Below are positions 54,520 through 64,000 of a stretch of 64,000 nucleotides of DNA, piece by piece. Both the position numbers and the translations under genes were made by a program. Position 1 is the first letter of the stretch. Each line of letters begins with the position of its first letter. The DNA comes from Octopus vulgaris (taxonomy: Eukaryota), in contig OX597830.1 in assembly GCA_951406725.2 (NCBI GenBank), positions 57,660,001 to 57,724,000 on the forward strand. The letters are read 5' to 3'. The notes below the pieces were generated by a model that was not told where the DNA came from, searched no databases, and saw only the letters and a list, made by a program, of their open reading frames with translations.

Positions 54520-55565
54520 GTGATATTCCACCAAGAATTCTGAGAGCAATAAGTAAGCTATATGAGAAGACCAATGTGAAAGTAATCACTCCTGATGGAG
54601 AGATGGAACACTTTGAAGTCAAAGCTGAAGTATTACAAGGTGACATGCTAACACCTTATCTCTTCACCATCATTCTGGACTATGTAATGTGTAGAACGTA
54701 TGAGGGGAGGGAAAAAGAACTGGGATTCAAACTGCATAGGCAAAGAAGTAGACGACATCAAGCAGTACCAGCAACTGACTTAGACTATGCTGATAACCTG
54801 GCATTACTAACAGAAAGGACAGATCAAGCACTGCTGAGCAGATTACAGCAGGAATCAGAGATTGTACTGTAACGCAAACAGAACAGAGCTGCAAGTATTC
54901 AACCACGAAATGCCCATGTCAGTGAAAGTGAGAGATGGTGAGTCACTGAGGGTAGTTGAAGATTTCTAATACCTTGGTGCATGGACACAAAGTACTGAAA
55001 AAAGACATCGTAGCAAAGAAAGCTCTTGTCTGGAGTGGATGCCATAAATTGAGAAAGGTATGGAGTTCAAAGTTAGCCAGGAAATTGAAAGTGAGGTTGT
55101 TTCTGTCAATAGTGGAGTTTGTTGGATGGTTGTTATATGAGGATGCTTAGAGTGGCACTCAGTGTCTCCTGGAAGAGTCATACAACAAATGCCAACTTAT
55201 ACCAGGGACTACCAAAGGTAACATTGAAGATACAGCACAGCAGTATGAGGTTAGCTGGACACTGAATCAGACACACCGTTGAAATTGCTAACAAGCTAGT
55301 GCTTTGGCAACCAACAGAAGGAAGAACAAGGAGAGGAAGGTGGAAGGTGATCTATATCGACAACTTTCTGAAGGATCCTGGTATGGAGAGGGTACAGGAT
55401 TTGAGGACCATTATGGAAGATCAAGATGAATGGGGAAAACGGGTGGAAACAGTCTTAGGGCGTCCTGTGGGATGACCTAAATAGATAGATAGATTGACAG
55501 ATAGATAGACAGAGAGATAGATAGATAGGTAGATAGATAGAAAGATAGATAGATAGATAGATAGA
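54520..55565 (+). mobile_element. Second RTE-type LINE family, 5'-truncated, (AGAT)n tail
   Basis: KVITPDGE..VLQGDMLTPYLFTIILDY..DLDYADNLALL, F*YLGAW, MRLAGH, followed by an (AGAT)n tract at 55480-55565. Confidence 0.85.
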
Positions 55566-58500
55566 TACAATATCACTAGAACTTATGTTGTCAGAGCAAG
55601 GAATTTTATCTTTAATATCTGCCACTTATGAACCTGAGAAGGAAGTCATCTGCAAAATCGAGAAAAAACTGCTTAAATGCAGCAACTTTATTCATTTAGT
55701 TTTTCTTGTATTTATTTTTGCGAAATCACTTGATATTAATCTCAACGTTTTGGAACATATATATTAATTAGAATTCATTTGAATTTCAAAGTTAAGTTGT
55801 CCTGTATTTACCAAATCTGGAAATTCTAGCAGTGCTACCAGCGAAAGTTTCAGGAACCTCCAGCCCCACCCCAGATTAGGTTCAGACAAAAAAAAAAAAA
55901 ATGAAGAGAAAAATTGCGGTGTTTAAAGAGAAATCTAATGGTATTTTGCTTGGTTTTAGTGTAAAACACAATAGTTATTCTTTGTCATCTTCAGTTCTCA
56001 CGAATATTGTTTTCTGTTTGTCTTTGAATTCTTTCCAAGTTTGAGAAACATTTTGTGTTTCATTAGGTTTTTGCTTATTTACATTTCTCAGAGTAACATT
56101 GCAACATTTACAAAAAATTAAACTTCTTAATTATTTTCATTTTGTTGAAGCCAATCTTTAAATATCAGGATTTTGCAGTCATTCTTCTTTAAATAACTGC
56201 ACATACCATTTCCTTTCTTCTTTTTGGAGGGAATTTACATTTTCTCACACATTATTATAATATACAGACTAGCTTAAGGTGACCTGTTCTACGCACGGGT
56301 GAGGGTGTGGTTGTTACTTTCTGTTCCTTATCACCACATTCTCCCTCTTTGTTTCTCTATCCTTTCCTATTTTCCCACTCTCTTACGCTCCCTTTCAGTA
56401 TAAAGGACCTGATGTAGCACAATATATTTATTGTGACAAGCATCAAACTCCACCAGCATATAGATATGTTGTCATGCCAATGGCAACTTAATGACTTAAC
56501 ATCACAAATGAAGAAATCACGAAAAATTCTGAGCTGAGTAACTTCCCATCACTGTGAGACTGCAGAAGATGCTTGACCATGAACCACACATGTCCACAAT
56601 GAGACCAGTAAGAACCTCTCTTGAGTAGAAACCAGAGTTGGTGGGGGTGCACAGGAGGCAAGGCGAATCTACCAGTTCTTGGCTGAGAACTGTGGAAGAG
56701 GACCTAAGAGACATTGGCTTAGTTTTGGAGTAAATTTACGATAGGACTTGTGACCTGGGGTGGACTGAGAGTATTAAGGGCCCTTGGGCATAACTGTTTA
56801 CCAGGCTCCTTAGCATTGATATCAAAGTAGAGTTAACATGCAGAGTGCAGGCCCCTCAGAGCTTCGGGTCCTCGAGCAGTGCCCAACTGACCAATGGCTC
56901 AGTCTGCCCCTGCTTGTGACTGTTCTGGATGGAGATCTTTTGTTATTCAATGGCATCATGGTAAGCTGGAAGAACTAACACACACACACACACACACACA
57001 CGCGCGTGAATCTGTGCCCCACAAACATGATATTTTGTCAAGTGATATTCATTCTTGGAATTAGTGTCTTTTAAACGATCACATCTCAAAAAGAACTGGT
57101 TGGTTACTTGAACTAATCCACTTGAAAGAACTATCCAAAGGAAGGGATGGGAACAGATGCCTGAGTGTTTCACAGGTCCTGCGTCCCAGTTCTGATCCGT
57201 GTATGTTGTTGTTGGCTGTCAATAAATATATACTATAGGGCCCAGTTATTGATCCCCCCGGCAGACTATAATACTGTTAAGACGGTCCTGTCCAAAGAGA
57301 TACTGGAACAGAGATTTTCAATTTCTAATATACATTTCAAAAAGATAGAAATAAAAAATGAGATGACTAAAGAAAGTGGGATGTCTAAAATGTTGCTGTA
57401 GAATCCAACTGTTCTTTCTCTCCCTGTTTAAATCTAGTTCTCACTTTCTCTCTCCGAACTTTCGACTTTCACAAACACACGCACATCTTTTCATGAAGAT
57501 GTAGTACATCTTACTCCATCTAACCATCATTCTTCCTGTCTTTCACCTTTCCTCATCACACCCAATCTCTCTTCCTTTTCGCTTCCACTCGTGTTTTATA
57601 TTCAAAGACAACGGGGTGAAAATAAATACACAAACACATGACATATTGTGTGAATCTAATGCACCCGAAGTCCTATGAGGCTGAGAGCTGAATCACATTG
57701 TTTCATACAGACACACAAACACGCCAATACCATGCGTTCTGTTAGTGAAGCGACAGTTAAGAATGTTTTATTGTTCAAATACTGCTCACTTATAAAACAC
57801 TTGCTTCATGTGAACTGTACATTAAAAACATAGCTAAAAATACAAATGTCAAATGCAAAAATTTTTACAAAAGTATCTTCGAACATTTCTATTATTTTTT
57901 AAAGTAAATACAGAGCAACGTTGCAATGTAGAGCATTCTTCCTTCTACAAGAACACAAGAAACTCAAGAGAAAAGGGAGGGAAAACGCCTACATTAGGAG
58001 GAGAAAGAGGGGAGGGGGATTTGCGCGTGGTTTACTTCGTGCAACTCCGTCTATTTCCGGCCATCACGTCATCATTCTCCAGATAAGAGAAGACCGGCCG
58101 GTCTTCTTGAAAATAATTACACGTCAATTGGCTTCTATTCTGTCCCCCCGCCTTCTTCTAAACGTATGACTTACGTTTTAACATCGCCGACTGATCCACT
58201 TTTCTTCTTGAGGTGAACTGCTTGTCAGTTATTTATTTGACTCAAAAATGACGATTAAAGAATTTGAGGATGTGTTGAAATGTAACGGGGATTGATTATT
58301 TGGGTGGGAAAACCTAAGATCCATTATTATGAATGATCTTATGTCATCTCCAATTCAACTACCATCAACGCGATGGTCATCATAGAGATGGATTTGTGAT
58401 CAACAAGTTCGTCTTGCAACTATCTACGCGGTTTCACTTCAATCTCAATGCATGGCAACCCAGGCAAAAAATATTTTCTAGCAAAGCATCTTACGAATGA

Positions 58501-59155
58501 AATTTGATGGGAACCGTGTGAAAACCCATGGGAGGCATTGTTCCCTTAATCCGATGTCCTGTTTAACAACACTACCAAATCCTTGCAATGCACCGAATAT
58601 AATTTATCAATCAGCACCTATTATCATTTACTTTGGCGACCGGCATAATTTTTTAAATTTTATTTCCAAAGTTGTAAAAGATTCGTCTTCAATTCTGGAA
58701 TTGTTTATTTTTGATACACACCTTCACACACACATACATACAGTATGTTCCCAGTTTCTATATAACGAGTGATGTCAGGAATGGGAACACAGAAACGAAA
58801 GCCAAAAGCGAAAGTTGTGAACGAGATATGGTCCTTTGATATTGATTTAATGAAACACACACACCATCATTTAACGTCCATTTTCTATGTTGGCGTGCGT
58901 TAGACGGTTTGACAGGATCCAGTGAGCTACAAGGTTGCATCAAGCTTCAGTGTCACCTTTGACATGGTTTCTACAGCTGGATGCTCCCCCTAATGCCAAC
59001 CACTACAGTTTGTATGTGCCCCGGGCAGTAGTGAGGTTTCCAAGCAAAAGAGAAAAGGACCAAGGAAAAAGCTCATGCCCCAACTAAGTGGGGGAAGTAT
59101 TTGAGAGAGATGGAATTATACCAGGTGTTGAGCAACTAATATCATAGAGGAAGAA

Positions 59156-59192
<37 letters not shown>

Positions 59193-59567
59193 CTTGGAAA
59201 TGTATGTGTGGTGTTCAATCACATAATAATATAAATTATATATATATACATACATATATACATACATATATACATACATATATACATACATATATACATA
59301 CATATATGGGTACAGGACGTCAAAAGAACGTGAACTAAATGAAAACGGGAATATAAAAAAACAAAAACATAGAAAACGAACTTTTTTCTGAACAACTAAA
59401 GAAACAAATGGAGAAACAAGACTGGCAACATAAAGAAAAATCCCTTCATTAGTTGTCCCCTCTTTTATCTATTCCGTGTTGCGAACGTTGTGTACCCATA
59501 TATGTATGTATATACATATATATGTAGGTATGTACATATATGATTGTATATATGCATATATGTTATA

Positions 59568-60100
59568 TCATCATCATCATCATCGTTTAACGTCCGTTCT
59601 CCATGCTAGCATGGGTTGGACGGTTCGACCGGGGATCTGGGAAGCCAGAAGGCTGCACCAGGCTCCAGTCTTATCTGGCAATGTTTCTACAGCTGGATGC
59701 CCTTCCTAATGCCAACCACTCCGTGAGTGTAGTGGGTGCTTTTTAGGTGCCACCTGCACAGGTGCCAGGCAAGGCTGGCAACGGCCACGGTCGGATTGGT
59801 GTATTTTATGTGCCACCGGCACGGAAGCCAGTCGAGGCGGCGCTGGCATCGGCCACGAGTCGGATAGTGCTTTTTACGGGTCCTGGCTGGTTCAATTCGA
59901 TTTCGATTTCGATTTCACTTGCCCCAACATGTCTTCGCAAGCAAAGGGGGTTGGCATGGCTGCCTGTCGTCGGATGAGGTTTTATATCGACTTCGCTTGC
60001 CTCAACAGGTCTTTGTGTCCAAGGGAGGAAAGGCATGCATAAGTGGGCTGGGCTCACTTGTCCTGCCTGGTCTTCTCACGTACAGCATATTTCCAAAGGT
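59568..60100 (-). mobile_element. RTE 3' UTR, young copy
   Basis: Close reverse complement of 10465-10980. Confidence 0.9.
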
Positions 60101-60994
60101 CAGAGAGCGTCTTTCAGTTTCCCTCTAACATCCACTGACAAGGCTTTGGATTGACCCAGGGCTAAAGTATAATCTTGCCCAAGGTACTGTGAAGTGAGAT
60201 TGTACCCTAAAATTTTACCTTCCCTGTTAGTTTACACCAAATGATTAAATGCTGGACTATACAGAGTTATAAACTAAAAAAAAGAGTGAAAAAAGGAGCA
60301 CCACAACACATCTTAATTGCAAACCAAAATACTGAAAGAAAAATACCCAGGTAAAAAACATGATACTAATGATTGCTAAATGACAAAAGTGAAAGAGGTA
60401 TAATAAGCTCAAGGATGGTCAAGATGTCCACTCTCTTGCAAGGATTAGGAAGAGGCGTCTGTTCTGATGATAATTTAATCTCTTTTATCCATTATTCTCA
60501 GAGGTCAGAAGTGCTACCATTTCCCCTCTCCCTATGTCATGTAAAAGGAGTATATTTTACACACACACACACATAATATAAGTGTGTGTATGTGTATCAT
60601 GACCATCATCTATCAATCTCTATGTCCATGCTGGAATGGGTTGGGCAGTTTGACAAGATCTGATTGGTTCAAAGACTGCATTGTGCTCTAATGTTTGCTT
60701 CGTTCGGCCTGGTTTCTGTTGCTGGATGTCCTTAATGCCAAATACTTAACAGAACACACTGGATGACTTTTTCATGATACGAGCACTTGTGAGGTCACCA
60801 TACCGCTTGCAAGACCAAGATCCCTTTTGACTGAGTACTGCTACAGTAGAGAGGGAAGCAGCTTTATGCTTTACACATACATATAGGTATACATACTTGT
60901 ATGTTTGTGTGTGTGTGTGTATGTGTATATATATCATCATCATCATCATCATGTATATATATATATATATATCTTCATGTATATATATATATTG

Positions 60995-61570
60995 TTACAA
61001 CAATCTTGGACAAAACACAAGGTTTTGTATCCACAAAGCCAAAGTCACGTGGACAGCTCATCAGACTCTATATAAAAGACAAAAATTTTAAATTTCTACA
61101 TTGTGGACGTGAGGAAATGTTCAGAAACATATCTTAGCCTAAAAATGGTTATGCAGACGGGTTGTCTCCCCTGAATCAGAGGATAAAACAACCCTTTTAG
61201 ACCCAAAAAGGCCTAACCAGCAAATGGAGAGATCCAATTTTCCAGTGGGTAACGCTTAAAGTGGACACATTTAGGAAACACCTCTTTGTGACTATTTAAC
61301 ACGGCAGGTTTAGTATAGTCCTTAAGAATTTTGGCTCTCTCCATGATGCAGATCTTGCAACGGCCACTTCCATTAATATATTGGCCCAGATGATCAATTA
61401 ATTTCCACCTGATGTCACACAGGGTCCCTTGATCTTTGAGGTACCGCACAAGGTGGGCCAGGGATGTGACAAACCATCTTTCTAAGACTCTAAAAGATGA
61501 CTGGTGGTTAAGAAAACATCATTTGAAATAGGTACTGGTAGATCCAATATCTTTACAAAGAACAGGATGT
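60995..61570 (-). mobile_element. Penelope-like element 3' end: GIY-YIG endonuclease remnant plus pLTR
   Basis: Minus translation IGSTST..NHQSSF..TSLAHLVRYLKDQG..IRWKLI..Y..GSGRCKICIMER..I..VLNSHKEVFPKCVH matches PLE GIY-YIG C-termini; HHR-like motif downstream. Confidence 0.8.
61002..61069 (-). ncRNA. Degenerate hammerhead motif in PLE pLTR
   Basis: CUGAUGA-GC-UGUCCAC(14 nt)GUGGAUA-C-AAAA-CCUUG(9 nt)CAAGA-U-U. CGAAA appears decayed to CAAAA; the stem I partner is not evident. Confidence 0.5.
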
Positions 61571-61947
61571 GGCCATATTCGCACCCTTGGTAACATGTGG
61601 TGCAGGGCCGGTCATTCCATCAGTGTTGAAGATAATTTTATGGTCATCATCTATGGTGGTGGTACTGGGAACGCCGGATACCTCCTCCATGTCGCTGGTC
61701 CAGGACTGGTCATCATCTCTAGGTGTTGCAATTGCACTTGTGGTAACATATGTTGCAGGCCTGGTTACATGTGTCTATGGTTACATGTGTCTATGGTTAC
61801 ATGTACAACTCATTTTTGCCAGCTGTGTAGACTGGAGCAATGTGAAATAAACTGTCTTGCTTAAGACATTTACTAAAAGGAGATGTTTTACATATATATA
61901 TATATATATATATGTATACATATACATATATATATTCATATATAAGT

Positions 61948-62266
61948 GAAGGCACATGGTTTAGTGGTTAGGGTATTAGGCTTATGGCTGTAAGACCATG
62001 AGTTCTGTTCCTGGTGGTGTATTGTGATCTTGAGCAAGACACTTAATTTCACATTACTCCAGTCCACTCAGCTGGCAAAAATGAGTTGTACTTGTAATTC
62101 AAAGGGCCACTCATGTCACATTCTGTATCACACTGAGTCTCCCTGAGAACTACATTAAGGGTACGTGTCTGTGGAGTACTCAGCCACTTGCACATTAATT
62201 TCATGAGCAGGCTATTCTGTTGATTGGATCAACTGGAACCCTCATTGCTGTGACTGATGGAGTGCC
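61948..62266 (+). mobile_element. SINE family D
   Basis: Head ggcacatggtttagtggttaggg; body matches 32732-32920 in reverse. Confidence 0.8.
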
Positions 62267-62439
62267 ATGCACACACACACACACACACATATATAAATAT
62301 AATTATTATTAAGTTGATAGCCTATTTTAGTTTCACAAATGGCTGAGCTATTCATGACTGTGGGGACAGGAGAGATATCTGGAGTTTATATAGGATTCAG
62401 TTAAAGTTAGGCGTGTTAAAGTGATGTGTAGCTACAGTC

Positions 62440-62690
62440 ATGGTGTTCTTGGTTGTGTGTACCCACTGAACAATGCTTTCAACTTCTCCTTTCATGTTGT
62501 AAGCAATGAAAAGCTGGTTTGATGTTCTCAGGATGCATGTTTGTGATATTCGTGTGCAGAAGGTTAAAGCTGTTCGAAGTAACAAGTTGGTCGTTCATGT
62601 GAAGAAGCAAAAGCATTGCATCCAAAATTGAACCTCAGGGTACACCTGAGTTGATACATTGGGATTCAGAACATGGCCAGACACGAAAAT
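62440..62690 (-). mobile_element. CR1/L2-like RT fragment
   Basis: Minus translation CINSGVP*GSILDAMLLLLHMND. Confidence 0.6.
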
Positions 62691-62807
62691 TCATTAGAAA
62701 ATTACTATTTTTAAATCTCACAATGAGAGATATTCAGCAACAGTACTTTGGAGTAAAGATTGTTTGCCAACATAACATGGCAGTCCTGGTTTAGGACGAA
62801 TGTTGCT

Positions 62808-63024
62808 GTAATTTAGCCCCAGGAGACATCGTCACCAGCTGGCTATATGACACGATCTGTGTCCTTATATTTTTGAACAAGGGAATCTAGTACCCCGACT
62901 CAGCTCAAAACATTATCTGTGTTTTGAGCTGAGTGGGGGTGCTAGATTCCCTTGTTCGAAAATATAAGGACACAGATCATGTCATATAGCCAGCTGGTGA
63001 CGATGTCTCCTGGGGCTAAATTAC
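62808..63024. repeat. Fold-back palindrome, 105-bp arms, 7-nt loop
   Basis: 62808-62912 versus 62920-63024 reverse complement with ~4 mismatches, mostly at CpG. Confidence 0.95.
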
Positions 63025-63034
63025 GAAAATTAAT

Positions 63035-63560
63035 TTCCTAAAGTTAAGAGTCAGATGGAGCCCAAATGTGGAATATTTAGCTAGGAGGTTCTCATATAAG
63101 ACACAACTGAAAACTTTATTGCTGTTTAGAAACAAAAGGAATATTGCTTTTAACAAAGTTCTAAAGAGTAAAAGAGTATTGAAGGCTAACCTGGGCGACA
63201 AGTCTTTGGAGGAATTAGAAACTGAACAGGTAGTGAGTGAGTGAAGTAAATTTCAAGGTGACATAAGAAGTAGTCATATGTGATTGTTAAGTCATTGAGA
63301 TGTCGAAAGCAATTGAAGTAGTTAGCAGTTTGAGAGAGGGAGCCTTTCTGGAGAATAGGAAGCGTAGTAGTGAGAGGCAAAAACTGGAAGGTTTTAGTGG
63401 AGAAAGGAATTAATTCTGGGCTGAACTTAGGGGAGAAAGGATAGAAAACTTTTAAGATAGGTTGAAATGATAAGAAAAATTTTTGCACTAGTTGAAGGTA
63501 CGGAGAATGAAAGGGAGAGATAAGTTTGAGTGTTTGGAAGCAAAAAATGTAATGGTTTTG
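63035..63560 (-). mobile_element. CR1/L2/Jockey-like LINE fragment
   Basis: NDLTITYD..L (DLGV..D..L) and ..IFHIWAPS (EY...IW.P) on minus. Confidence 0.5.
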
Positions 63561-63571
63561 TCTGTAAAAAT

Positions 63572-63830
63572 CATCATCATCATTGTTGTCATTTAACGTC
63601 CGCTTTCCATGCTGGCATGGGTTGGACAGTTTGACTGAGGACTGGCAAGCCAGGAGGCTGCACCAGGCTCCAATCTAATCTGACAAAGTTTCTACAGCTG
63701 GATGCCCTTCCTAATGCCAACCACTCCGAGAGTGTAGTGGGTGCTTTTTATGTTCCACCAACACAGGACCAGTCAGCCAGCACTGGCATAGACCACGCTC
63801 AAGTAATGCTTTTTACATGCCAATCAAGCA
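63572..63830 (-). mobile_element. RTE 3' UTR fragment
   Basis: Reverse complement of the RTE tail. Confidence 0.85.
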
Positions 63831-64000
63831 GTACTGTTGTCAGCCACGATAATGACTTCACTTGGCTCAACAGGTTTTTGCAACGTTATTTAAAAAGCCA
63901 TCCTAGTTGAGTAGTGGTGCATAGGAGATATGGTAAAATCAGTAGAGACTCTTTTAGCAATAGACTAGAATGCCTTACCACACTTTGGGAGCCAGGGAAA

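Overview
AT-rich, repeat-dense eukaryotic DNA. The SINE, RTE-LINE and microsatellite repertoire points to an octopus/coleoid cephalopod (inference from repeat families; no search was run). The only host coding sequence I can identify is the first coding exon of casein kinase II alpha (CSNK2A1, minus strand, 17902-17996); no further exon was found by eye, so its intron probably runs off the window start. The rest is decayed Tc1/mariner, hAT and piggyBac-type elements, several RTE/CR1/HERO LINE fragments, at least four tRNA-derived SINE families, microsatellites and a 42-bp minisatellite derived from an RTE. The notable signal is a set of about nine hammerhead-ribozyme (HHR) motifs in at least five unrelated non-coding repeat families with Penelope-like (PLE) architecture: inverted or partial-tandem terminal repeats, 3' tails, and one copy attached to a PLE GIY-YIG remnant. 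One family fuses a Pol III tRNA-derived head to an HHR-bearing PLE-type tail. It is inserted twice as a head-to-head inverted unit bounded by 13-14 bp target-site duplications, and is a candidate Penelope-mobilised, ribozyme-bearing SINE. All structures were read by eye; none is computationally or experimentally confirmed, and coordinates of decayed elements are approximate.
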